Shown here piece by piece: positions 1 to 8,652 of a stretch of 46,378 nt of DNA. The stretch's first letter is position 1, and each line of letters opens with the position of its first letter. The translations under genes were made by a program, and so were the position numbers. Under the pieces are notes generated by a model. It was given only the letters and a program-made list of their open reading frames with translations. It did no database searches and was not told where the DNA came from. The DNA comes from a virus (taxonomy: Duplodnaviria; Caudoviricetes): IMG/VR virus record IMGVR_UViG_3300033109_000079, positions 1-46,378 of that record, one strand, 5' to 3'.

Positions 1-459
1 GGGTGGCGGGGGCGGCGGCGGGGCCGCCTGGCGCGACACGTACTGGCCGGGAATCTGGTTGCCGTAGGAGTACATGCACTGCAGGTAGGCGATGTCATAG
101 CGGCGCTGGATCTGCCGCTCGGAGCCGGATGCCGCACCGGCACCGCTGGCACTGCCCACCAGCAACCCGCCGCCGGCGCCGACTGCCGCGCCTTCCCTGC
201 CGCCGACCGCGGCGCCGACCGCGGCCCCGACCACCGTGCCGACCACCGCCTTGCCCACCGCGGCATCGTCGGCCTTCCGGGTCTGGCCATGAACCGCTTG
301 ATCCGCATAGTCGCGGCAGTAGCGCTCTTCGGCCGCAAATACGTCGAGCGGCTTGTTGGGTGCCGGCATCACCGCCACGGTCGGTCCGAGCGGCGCCGAC
401 GCGCAGCCAGCCAGCGCCGCCGTCGCCAGTATCATCGTCAGCAGACGTCGATTCAGCAT
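1..459 (-). CDS. Glycine-zipper lipoprotein (3' end runs off the window); host gene
   Basis: Absent from the ORF track because it has no stop in the window. My translation is MLNRRLLTMILATAALAGCASAPLGPTVAVMPAPNKP...AVVGTVVGAAVGAAVGGREGAAVGAGGGLLVGSASG...YDIAYLQCMY...PPPPPP. It has a lipobox (LAGC), a GxxxG zipper and a GGAG RBS upstream of the ATG at 459. Confidence 0.85.
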   Translation of the reverse strand, partial: MLNRRLLTMILATAALAGCASAPLGPTVAVMPAPNKPLDVFAAEERYCRDYADQAVHGQTRKADDAAVGKAVVGTVVGAAVGAAVGGREGAAVGAGGGLLVGSASGAGAASGSERQIQRRYDIAYLQCMYSYGNQIPGQYVSRQAAPPPPPPP

Positions 460-606
460 TTCGGTACTCCCCGTCATTCGACCCATGTCGATCTCAATCC
501 ATGATAGATCAAGCGACGGCCGCGTGATTCACTTGTCCTGCACCGGAACGGTAACAAAAGGTTACCGTGACGAAGGCATCCGCAACGGAATCGCAGACGG
601 GCCGAT

Positions 607-1095
607 TCAGTCCCCGTTGATCCAGAACTTGTGCACCTTCTCGGCGCGGTTGTTGTCGGACTTCGACAGGTAGTAGCCATCGGATGTCTTGAACACGTAG
701 CGGCACCAGTCCTCGGTGGCGACACGTTTCCACTCGATGGTCACGCAATAGCGGCCGTCCGGCGAAACATGCCACTTTCCCGCGGCGGTCGTCCCGGTGC
801 GGTTCGTGACCGATGTACCGATGCCCGACTTGTTGTCGCTGGAGGCCACGAAGCTTCCGTCTGCATCGTTGGTCCAGAAGTTGGTACTGCCGGATGAGGC
901 GACGATCCGCTTCATCTTCGCGCCGGGAATCAGCTGGTCCAGCTGCTCCTTCGACAGCTTCTGCGCATTGAGGGCATCGAGGTCGCCCAGCAGGGCGGGC
1001 GCATCGGCTGTGGCAACCGTGGCGGCAAGAGTGGCGGCAACGGCCAGCAGGGTGCGAATGGCAGACTGATACGGATTCATCCGTTGAGTGTCCAT
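607..1095 (-). CDS. Secreted/periplasmic protein, DUF995-like
   Basis: 162 aa with an Ala-rich signal peptide and GKWHVSPDGRYCV...WC motif. GGAG RBS upstream. Confidence 0.65.
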   Translation of the reverse strand: MDTQRMNPYQSAIRTLLAVAATLAATVATADAPALLGDLDALNAQKLSKEQLDQLIPGAKMKRIVASSGSTNFWTNDADGSFVASSDNKSGIGTSVTNRTGTTAAGKWHVSPDGRYCVTIEWKRVATEDWCRYVFKTSDGYYLSKSDNNRAEKVHKFWINGD

Positions 1096-1200
1096 GGTTC
1101 GTCTCCGTGGGGATTGTTGATTGTTGTTGGCTGACTGCGCCGGTCAATCTTAGCCCGACGCACCACCTGGTCAAGCCGCAGTGCAACAGCCCCGGAAATG

Positions 1201-1227
1201 AAAACGGCCCTCCGGGTGGGAGGGCCG
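1201..1227 (-). terminator. Intrinsic terminator downstream of the tRNA 3' fragment
   Basis: 9-bp stem CGGCCCTCC (1205-1213)/GGAGGGCCG (1219-1227), followed on the minus strand by TTTTCATTT. Confidence 0.75.
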
Positions 1228-1236
1228 CATGAGTGC

Positions 1237-1265
1237 TGGTGGCGGAACACGGAACCGAACCCGCG
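1237..1265 (-). other. tRNA 3'-end fragment; putative prophage attachment site
   Basis: Minus strand reads CGCGGGTTCGGTTCCGTGTTCCGCCACCA: a T-arm-like GGTTCG, an acceptor 3' strand, a discriminator base and CCA. No D or anticodon arm upstream. It lies at the host/cargo junction. Confidence 0.7.
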
Positions 1266-1401
1266 CCCGCCTTCAGGTGCAAATGGTAACACATGGGCCT
1301 CGCGAGCGCGGATTCGATGATTTGGCCGTTTCGGGCCGCAGAGTGGCCATTAGTTCGCGGCAGATACGAGGCAGAACGGATTCAGGCATACCGGGGGCCG
1401 G

Positions 1402-2091
1402 TCAGGGGGCCTGGTCGACAACAGGATATACGGCGTCGCCCCACATGGCATTCGGGTTATCCATCATCACGGCAATGATCACCGGAACCAGCTTGCCCAG
1501 CAGACGAGTGCAATCTCGCAACTGGTCGCGGTTGACCTTGCCGTTCCACGTCGCACCACCATGGATCAGTTGATTGCGTAGTGTGTAGAGGCGGTTGAAC
1601 ATCACTGAAAGCAGCATGGGCGTGTTGCCGCTGGCCAGCGCTGACTGCACCGACTTCTTCGCGCTGGCGAACCGATCCTTCCATTCGCCCTCATCGATCC
1701 GGCCACGCTGGAACTCCCAAAACAGATGGAAGACATAGGGGTTGTCTAGCAGCGTGCGGATGCTGCCGGAGAACTCCTTCCAGATCAGCTCGTCGATGCG
1801 CTTGCCGGTGTCGAGATCGCAGAGCTTCTGGAGGAAAGCTGTGAAGGCGGTCTTGTCGGACGTGCGGTCGCTGTCATCGAACTCCTGCGCGTAGGCGGCA
1901 TTGAAGGCAATCCAAAGGAAGATGAATCTGCCGTCCACGTCTTCCGCTTGCTCGGCGCGGTTCAACCAACTTAAGGCCCTGTGGATTCGCAGCGTCAGGC
2001 TGGTCGGATGTTCGTCGCGCACCAACCGGTGGCGCTGCTTGAGCGCCGAATGCTCCAGCGAACTGCCATTCATGATTTTGATGGTGGACAT
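1402..2091 (-). CDS. HEPN domain protein (ApeA-like HEPN, putative RNase effector)
   Basis: 229 aa with the catalytic RxxxxH motif in YTLRNQLIHGG and an FIFLWIAFNAAY helix. Confidence 0.8.
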   Translation of the reverse strand: MSTIKIMNGSSLEHSALKQRHRLVRDEHPTSLTLRIHRALSWLNRAEQAEDVDGRFIFLWIAFNAAYAQEFDDSDRTSDKTAFTAFLQKLCDLDTGKRIDELIWKEFSGSIRTLLDNPYVFHLFWEFQRGRIDEGEWKDRFASAKKSVQSALASGNTPMLLSVMFNRLYTLRNQLIHGGATWNGKVNRDQLRDCTRLLGKLVPVIIAVMMDNPNAMWGDAVYPVVDQAP

Positions 2092-2094
2092 GGA

Positions 2095-5000
2095 TCAGGT
2101 TTTCGGTTGAGACGAGGTTGGCGGTTCCGTTCGGGCGATCTGCCTCCAACCGTGGTCAAACGTGAACGTCCGCGCATGGGCAACGGGGTTCTGAATCCTG
2201 AGCACCCGCGCATTTTCTGAGTCTGTGGCGTGCTCGACCACGTACAGCCAATACGCATCTCCTTTCGCACAGGCATAGTCGAATTGCGTGCGGGAAAGTC
2301 CTACGGGCCGGTTTTCCAAGCTGCCCGTCATCGATTTGACCTCGACCCATCGAACTTGCTGGCCGCTACCGTTGACTTCGAAGAGATCGAAGCCGGGGTT
2401 GCCCTCGGAAGTCCGTTTCAGTCCGGGCTCAAGCGAAATGATTAGGGTGATAGCCTGATCCTCGATTTTCATCCGGGTTGCCTGATCGAGGCCATCGGGA
2501 TCGGGTTCCTCGTCGTCGGGGTGTGTACCGAGGTAGGAAATGAACGGCCTTCCTCCAGCCGAACCGGGTGTCCGTTTTCCTTGCCCACCACTGCTGGTTC
2601 CCCCGCCCTTGCTACCACCACCGTTGTGACCGCCAGCGCCACCGTGTGCCCCTCCGTTGCCCTCACCGCCGCCGAGTGGCGTTCTAGTGCCTGCCCCTCC
2701 CTGACCGCCGCGTCCTGCGCCTCCTGTTGCGCCGTCGCCACCATCCGGATCAGGCGTGCCAGGCGGAATGTCTGGCATGTCGTCTCCATACAAGTCAGTT
2801 GCATCACCGTAAACGTCGTCGCTGCCGGATGGCTCGTCTATTTTCGGGTCAGCATCTGGCGGTGGTTCGACCTCCGCAGGCGGGTTAGCAATACCCAGTC
2901 GGGACGCCAGTTCGGTCACGCTGGTGATACCGTACTTGCGCAAAAGGTCGAGTGCCGCTGGATCGATGCCCGCCTCTTTGGCCAGCTGGTCGATAATCGG
3001 CGGCTTGAAAGAGATCTTGGTCAGCAGGAAGGGATTGGGTTTCCACCCAAGAGTTTCGAACACCACGAGGCTCGGATGCACCAGTTCGCCGTTGGCGTCG
3101 GGCACCCACGCTGTTTGATTCAGCGCCCGGATGAAGGCCGCGTCGAATCGGGCTGCCTTCGCCTCATGGAAATAGCCCCATTTGTAACTCCCGTAGAAGG
3201 CTGCTGATCCACGCCCCTCTAGATCAGCCAGCGCGTCCCACAACACGCCAGCCCTGACTCTTGCCTCGGTGGGTTGCAAGTCGGGCAAGAGCTTTACGAG
3301 CTGCGCCAGTCCCCGAATGGTGAAGTCTTCAGGCTGGTTTTCCCAGCTCGCGCGCTCAAGACCAGCTTCTTTGCGAATCTGTGCTTTCTCGGCCGAACTA
3401 AGCCCGGATGAGGTTGATTCAGGGCTGAGATAGCGGCTTGCCCCGCAAGCTACAAGCAGATCACGAATATCCTCACCGCGCAGACACTCGTATTCGTTGT
3501 CGACGATGAGGACACCGTCCACACCCGCAAAAAGCTGCTTCAGGCGGTCGGATGCGATGTAAACCTCGCCGGGCTTAGCAACATAGTCCTTGCCATCGCC
3601 GGTATCCACTACCATCACAAAGGTGGTGTCGCGCAGGACGGAACGGAGCTTTTCCTTTTGTGCTGTCGAGTCGGTGTTGAACGCGGCACGGATTCGCTCG
3701 ATGTCTTCAGCATAGAGATCGTCACCAACATCCACTTCTTCCTGCCGGTACTTCGGCAAGACATTCCGGATGACGTCATCCACCGGGTCAGGCTCTGTGA
3801 TTCTCAGCGAGCTCAGGAAGGTGCGTGCCTCTGATGTTGCGCACACTGCTCGGCGCACTGTCGGGAATCCGGTTGCGATGGTGCTGGGCAGAAATGCCTT
3901 CGCCTCGCCGTGCTCGTGGGCGACGACGTGCGTGCCATCTTCTAGACGAACCAAGGGAATCGTGTCGAGGCGGCGGCGGAGTGCTGCCTCCTGCCCGCTC
4001 AGGAATTCGTACAGCTGCAACACCCACTCGTCGGATTGCGCCTCAAGGAATGACTTGGTCAGGCTCGGTACCAGCTTCGTCGGCGTGATCTCGTCGACTT
4101 CGAGTTCGCGCATCAGGTAGTGGCGGATCTCTGGTGCTTTGTCCTGGGTGATGTCACCGGAGAGCCAGGCGGCGGCCTCCGAGCCGAACAGGGCCGCGAC
4201 CTGTTCCGGACTGAACAGCTCGCGCAGCTCCTGCGTACGCGCCAGTTTTGCCTGATGGGCGGTGACGTGAACGCCGTCGAAGGTCGGTAGTAGCGCCTCA
4301 TCCTGAAACGCCTGCCGGACAGCATCGAACATCGGCGCGAACCGCGAGCCTTGCGGAAACTTCTCACGGTCAAGCGGTAGGCAGCGTAGTGCCGAGACAT
4401 CCAGCATCTCCTTGTCCCGCATCCAACGCATCGCATCCACCAGCAGGCTAGCCGTTTCCTTGACCAGATGCTGGTTCCACGGCTCGCCGGGCGGGATGTT
4501 GTCCCGGCTGGGCGTCGTGCGATACGGCCCCTGCACGAGAAAGCCGAGGTGGCTCTCAACCACGGTCGGGAAGAACACCACCAGTGGTGACTTTGCCAGC
4601 GGCTGCACAGCCCAGCGACCAGGGGCATCCTTTACCGCAACCAGCGAGAAGGCAATTTCCACCCGTCCGACCTTGTGACCTTCGGCAGAAAACACGTCGC
4701 GGTGGAACACCAGCCAGTTCTGATCGACTTCCGGTCGATCATCCTCTTTGCCGATCACCGTGATGCGCTGGACATTGGGTCCGAGCGATTCGGGGGTGTT
4801 GCGCAGATAGAACCCGGACGCGCCGCCCTCGACGCTCCAGTTGATTTCGTCAATGTGGCGCAGGAACAGCAGAGCGCCCGGGCCTAAGTGGCGAAACCCT
4901 GCCGTGATGTCCTGCGCTGCGCTCGCGTCCTCCGCCTTCAGAGGCAGGATGATCTGCGTCTCGTCTGTCGCGCGTGCCGAACGCGCCAACCGCTTCGGGA

Positions 5001-5439
5001 AGACGTAGTTCTCGATGGCGAAGTCCTCCTCGCCAGAGTGAATCTCCGGAAGATCGGTGACGGTGTAGACGGACTTGAAGCCGAGGCCGAAACGACCGAT
5101 GGAGGCCTCGTTTTTGGTGCTCTCGGCGATGTCGCAGACGCTTCGGACGTCCGCCTCGTCGAACGGCTTGCCGAAATGCGAGAGCGTCAGGCGGGTCGGG
5201 TTCAGGGAGAACGCAACCTTGCGTGATCCGTGCCACTCGCCACGCCGACCGAGCGCGTCCTCGGCGTTTTGCAGCAGTTCGAAGATGAAGTGCGTGCGGT
5301 CGTCGTACAGCCCAGCGGCCAGCTTGCCGGACTTCTGAGCGCCTTTAGTGCCGTAGCTCTCCCGGTTCTCCTCGCAAATTGCCTCGTAGTTCGATGCCAC
5401 GGCCACTCCCTCTTGGTCAGGCACCGATTTGGATGCCAA
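2095..5439 (-). CDS. Sacsin-like GHKL ATPase with C-terminal DUF3883 (NO VEIN-type) PD-(D/E)XK nuclease
   Basis: N-terminal FIFELLQNAEDA and IGRFGLGFKSVY GHKL motifs. C-terminal GFDL...RWVEVKS...LSRTQ...YWLYVV. The real start may be the GTG at 5400, which follows a GAGGGAG RBS. Confidence 0.85.
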   Translation of the reverse strand: MASKSVPDQEGVAVASNYEAICEENRESYGTKGAQKSGKLAAGLYDDRTHFIFELLQNAEDALGRRGEWHGSRKVAFSLNPTRLTLSHFGKPFDEADVRSVCDIAESTKNEASIGRFGLGFKSVYTVTDLPEIHSGEEDFAIENYVFPKRLARSARATDETQIILPLKAEDASAAQDITAGFRHLGPGALLFLRHIDEINWSVEGGASGFYLRNTPESLGPNVQRITVIGKEDDRPEVDQNWLVFHRDVFSAEGHKVGRVEIAFSLVAVKDAPGRWAVQPLAKSPLVVFFPTVVESHLGFLVQGPYRTTPSRDNIPPGEPWNQHLVKETASLLVDAMRWMRDKEMLDVSALRCLPLDREKFPQGSRFAPMFDAVRQAFQDEALLPTFDGVHVTAHQAKLARTQELRELFSPEQVAALFGSEAAAWLSGDITQDKAPEIRHYLMRELEVDEITPTKLVPSLTKSFLEAQSDEWVLQLYEFLSGQEAALRRRLDTIPLVRLEDGTHVVAHEHGEAKAFLPSTIATGFPTVRRAVCATSEARTFLSSLRITEPDPVDDVIRNVLPKYRQEEVDVGDDLYAEDIERIRAAFNTDSTAQKEKLRSVLRDTTFVMVVDTGDGKDYVAKPGEVYIASDRLKQLFAGVDGVLIVDNEYECLRGEDIRDLLVACGASRYLSPESTSSGLSSAEKAQIRKEAGLERASWENQPEDFTIRGLAQLVKLLPDLQPTEARVRAGVLWDALADLEGRGSAAFYGSYKWGYFHEAKAARFDAAFIRALNQTAWVPDANGELVHPSLVVFETLGWKPNPFLLTKISFKPPIIDQLAKEAGIDPAALDLLRKYGITSVTELASRLGIANPPAEVEPPPDADPKIDEPSGSDDVYGDATDLYGDDMPDIPPGTPDPDGGDGATGGAGRGGQGGAGTRTPLGGGEGNGGAHGGAGGHNGGGSKGGGTSSGGQGKRTPGSAGGRPFISYLGTHPDDEEPDPDGLDQATRMKIEDQAITLIISLEPGLKRTSEGNPGFDLFEVNGSGQQVRWVEVKSMTGSLENRPVGLSRTQFDYACAKGDAYWLYVVEHATDSENARVLRIQNPVAHARTFTFDHGWRQIARTEPPTSSQPKT

Positions 5440-5454
5440 GTTTGCTCAAGTCTG

Positions 5455-5496
5455 CATAATCGTGGAATATTATGACAATATGTAGCAGCAATCCAA
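5455..5496. promoter_or_regulatory. Putative overlapping divergent promoters/operator
   Basis: AT-rich intergenic region with inverted repeat CATAAT-N8-ATTATG (5455-5474). The minus strand shows TTGGAT-N16-CATAAT. Confidence 0.4.
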
Positions 5497-5512
5497 GCAC
5501 AGCGCAAATGAC

Positions 5513-5737
5513 ATGGGAAAGCCGATGAGCGACCAGCCGGACGAAATCCTTACGATTGACGAGGTTGCCGCCTACCTGAAGGCAGGCAAGCGCACGGTCT
5601 ATCGCCTCGCGGCGAACGGCAAGATCCCGGCGTTCAAGCTGGGTGGAACATGGCGCTTCCGGCGCGGCGACCTGGACAAGTGGATCGCCAGCCGCATTGG
5701 CAAGGCAATGGTGGATGACGACGAGGGGGCGGAATGA
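5513..5737 (+). CDS. Small HTH DNA-binding protein (HTH_17/excisionase-like; resembles Mad1-type defence-operon regulators)
   Basis: ILTIDEVAAYLKAGKRTVYRLAANGKIPAFKLGGTWRFRRGDLDKWI. ATGA overlap with the next gene. Alternative start at 5525. Confidence 0.85.
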   Translation: MGKPMSDQPDEILTIDEVAAYLKAGKRTVYRLAANGKIPAFKLGGTWRFRRGDLDKWIASRIGKAMVDDDEGAE

Positions 5738-8652
5738 CCAGCAGCGCCGCCGCCCTCCAATCAAAGGCCAACCCCCAGCAGCTCGAAGCCATCCTCGCCA
5801 CAGATGGCCCGGTGCTCATCATCGCGGGCCCCGGCTCCGGCAAGACCTTCACGCTGGTCGAACGTATCGTTTATCTCATTACGCAGAAAGGCGTCGCGCC
5901 GGAGTCGCTGTTCGTTGTCACCTTCACCGACAAGGCAGCGCGCGAGCTGACAACCCGCATCTCCAACCGGCTGACCGATCTGGGCATCAAGTTCAACTTG
6001 AACGAGATGTACCTCGGCACGTTCCACTCCATCTGCCTTCGGCTGCTGGAGGACTTCCGCGAGTTCACCCGGCTCAAGCGCAGCTTCACGCTGTTCGACC
6101 AGTTCGACCAGCAGTACTTCCTCTACCAGCACATCAAGGACTTCCGCGAACTGCCCGACGCCCAGCTCGTCATGGGCGACGACCAGACGGGCCGCTGGGC
6201 GCAGTCGGAAAACCTGCTCAAGTGGGTCAACAAGGTCAGCGAAGAGGCGCTCGACGCCACCACTTTGGCGGCGGCCGCAGAGCCAGAAATCCGCGCCCTG
6301 GCCAATTGCTTCGCCAAGTACCAGGAGCTGCTGCACGAGCACAACTCACTGGACTTCTCCGGCATCCAGTACGAGGCGCTGCAACTGCTGGAAAAGCGCC
6401 CCGAGGTGCTGGGGCAACTGCGCGAAAAGCTCACCTACCTGATGGTGGACGAGTACCAGGACACCAACACCATTCAGGAGCGCATCCTCCTGCTGCTGGC
6501 GGGCGAGAACAAGAATCTGTGCGTGGTCGGCGACGACGACCAGGGCCTGTACCGCTTTCGCGGAGCCACCATCCGCAACATTCTGGAGTTCCCCGCGCTG
6601 TTCGATGACGGCCAGTGCAAGCAGGTTAAGCTCACCGTCAACTACCGTTCGCACCCGGACATCATCCGCTTCTACAACGAGTGGATGAAGGAGCAGGCAT
6701 GGGACGACGGCACGCGTGTTTTTCGCTTCGCCAAGCAGATCGTCCCGCGCGAGGACGATTTCCCTGACATGCCCACGGCGGTCCGGCTGGCCGCCAGCGA
6801 CGACAAGGGCGACACCACCAACTGGCACGCTGAGGTACTGTCCTTCCTCGATGGGCTGAAGGCATCCGGCCGCTTTGCCGACTGGAACCAGGTCGCCTTC
6901 CTGTTCCGTTCGGTGAAGAACGACAAGGTGGTGGCGCTCGCACGCTTCCTCGAAGCCGAAGGTGTGCCCGTGTTCTCGCCACGCTCGAACATGTTCTTCG
7001 AGCGCGAGGAAATCCGCCTGATGATCGGCGCGCTGATCTTCCTGTTCCCACAGTTCCCAAAGGTGCGGGCATGGGCCGAAGGCGTGCATCTGGACATCTG
7101 GGACTACTACGACCAGCTTTGCTTCAAGCCCTTCACGGACGAGCTGCGCAAGCCGGAAAACAAGTCACTGCTGGATTGGGCTCGCCCGCTGGCCAAGCGC
7201 CACGCGGTGCTCACGCAGAACACCGATTACGCCTTCTCCGGCCTGTTCTACCAACTGCTCCAGTTCCCGCTGTTCTCGCGCTTCCTCACTGAAGAAGCCG
7301 TGCAAGGCGTGGACAAGGGGCGCGCAGCGCGTAACCTCGGCACCTTCTCCAAGTTGCTCACCAAGTTCGAGTACCTGCACTTCGTCAGCGTGTTGAATCC
7401 GGAGTGGCTGGAGAAGAACATCCGCGACCTGTTCAACCAGTTCCTGCGCTTCCTTCAGGACGGCGGTATCGGCGAGTACGAGGACGAAGCCGAGTACGCG
7501 CCCAAGGGCTGCGTGTCGTTCCTGACCATCCACCAGTCCAAGGGGCTGGAGTTCCCGGTGGTGGTGTGCGGCTCGCTGGAGGCGGTGCCGCGCAAGCAGT
7601 ACTCGGCACTCGACGTGCTGCTGGAGGATGGCGGCTACCTCTCGAAGGAGCGCTTCGAGCCGCTCGATCACATCAAGAACTTCGACTTCTGGCGGCTGTT
7701 CTACACCGCCTTCTCGCGTGCGCAGAACCTGCTGGTGCTGGCGGCGCAGGAGAAGCAAGGCCGGGGCAAGTCGCCGTCGAAGTATTTCGAGCGCCTGTTC
7801 TACGAGCTACCCAGTTGGCGTGACGTCAATCTGTCGGCGCTGACCTTCGATGCCGTCAAGCAGATCAACCTCAAGCGCGAATACTCATTCACCTCGCACA
7901 TCACCGTGTTCGAGAACTGCGCCGAGCAGTACCGCTTCTTCAAGGATCTGGAATTCGCGCCCATCCGCGAAAGCCCGATGCTGTTCGGTACCTTGGTGCA
8001 TCAAACCATCGAGGACATCCACAAGACCGTGCTGCGCGGCGAAGAATCCAGCATCACCTTCGACACCATCAAGGGCTGGTTCTCGGCCAACTACGCGATG
8101 CTGTCGAAGAAGGAGCGCGTCTACCTCGCGCCCAGCTCGCAGCAGGCGGCATTGCTGCACGTCGTGCGCTACTACGAGCGCGAGAACGGCAACTGGGATC
8201 GCATCAAAGAGGCCGAGGTCGAGATTTCGCTGGTCAAGGATCAGTACATCCTCAAGGGCAGTGTTGACCTGATTCGCGGCGAACGCGACACGGTCGAGAT
8301 CATCGACTTCAAGTCGGAAAAGAAGCCCGACATGGAGAAGGATCGGGATCGGCTGCGCCAGTACCAGAGCCAGCTGGAGGTATACGCCCACCTGGTTGAG
8401 GAGCGCACCGGCCAGAAGGTCAGCCGGATGCATCTGTACTACACCGGCGAGGACGGCGGGAACCCCTACGTCTCCTTCAGCAAGGACGACCGCGCCATCG
8501 GCAAGACCATCGCGCGTTTCGACGACATCGTGGCGCGCATCGAGCGGCAGGACTATCGGCTGTCGGCACGCCCAGCCAAGCTGTGTCAGAGCTGCGATAT
8601 GCGGGCCTACTGCGACAACAAGAACTGGAAATTTAGGAAAAACGACCAATGA
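5734..8652 (+). CDS. UvrD/PcrA-type SF1A helicase fused to C-terminal PD-(D/E)XK (RecB/AddB-like) nuclease
   Basis: Helicase motifs AGPGSGKT, VDEYQD, VGDDDQGLYRFRGA, NYRS, TIHQSKGLEF and YTAFSRA. Nuclease motif GSVDLI...IIDFKS...QLEVYA. Cys pattern C...CxxC(x5)C suggests an Fe-S cluster. Confidence 0.9.
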   Translation: MTSSAAALQSKANPQQLEAILATDGPVLIIAGPGSGKTFTLVERIVYLITQKGVAPESLFVVTFTDKAARELTTRISNRLTDLGIKFNLNEMYLGTFHSICLRLLEDFREFTRLKRSFTLFDQFDQQYFLYQHIKDFRELPDAQLVMGDDQTGRWAQSENLLKWVNKVSEEALDATTLAAAAEPEIRALANCFAKYQELLHEHNSLDFSGIQYEALQLLEKRPEVLGQLREKLTYLMVDEYQDTNTIQERILLLLAGENKNLCVVGDDDQGLYRFRGATIRNILEFPALFDDGQCKQVKLTVNYRSHPDIIRFYNEWMKEQAWDDGTRVFRFAKQIVPREDDFPDMPTAVRLAASDDKGDTTNWHAEVLSFLDGLKASGRFADWNQVAFLFRSVKNDKVVALARFLEAEGVPVFSPRSNMFFEREEIRLMIGALIFLFPQFPKVRAWAEGVHLDIWDYYDQLCFKPFTDELRKPENKSLLDWARPLAKRHAVLTQNTDYAFSGLFYQLLQFPLFSRFLTEEAVQGVDKGRAARNLGTFSKLLTKFEYLHFVSVLNPEWLEKNIRDLFNQFLRFLQDGGIGEYEDEAEYAPKGCVSFLTIHQSKGLEFPVVVCGSLEAVPRKQYSALDVLLEDGGYLSKERFEPLDHIKNFDFWRLFYTAFSRAQNLLVLAAQEKQGRGKSPSKYFERLFYELPSWRDVNLSALTFDAVKQINLKREYSFTSHITVFENCAEQYRFFKDLEFAPIRESPMLFGTLVHQTIEDIHKTVLRGEESSITFDTIKGWFSANYAMLSKKERVYLAPSSQQAALLHVVRYYERENGNWDRIKEAEVEISLVKDQYILKGSVDLIRGERDTVEIIDFKSEKKPDMEKDRDRLRQYQSQLEVYAHLVEERTGQKVSRMHLYYTGEDGGNPYVSFSKDDRAIGKTIARFDDIVARIERQDYRLSARPAKLCQSCDMRAYCDNKNWKFRKNDQ

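Noticed and set aside
1-527. Plus-strand Arg/Pro-rich ORF 3..527 and GC-rich short repeats
   Set aside because: These are the shadow of the minus-strand glycine-zipper lipoprotein, and the repeats are its Gly/Ala/Val codons.
1237-1320. Intact tRNA gene
   Set aside because: Only the 3' ~29 nt are tRNA-like, the T-loop is imperfect, and no D arm, anticodon arm or 5' acceptor strand lies upstream.
5513-5737. Prophage excisionase
   Set aside because: The fold is compatible, but there is no adjacent integrase and the gene is coupled to the helicase-Mod-Res operon, so a regulator role fits better.
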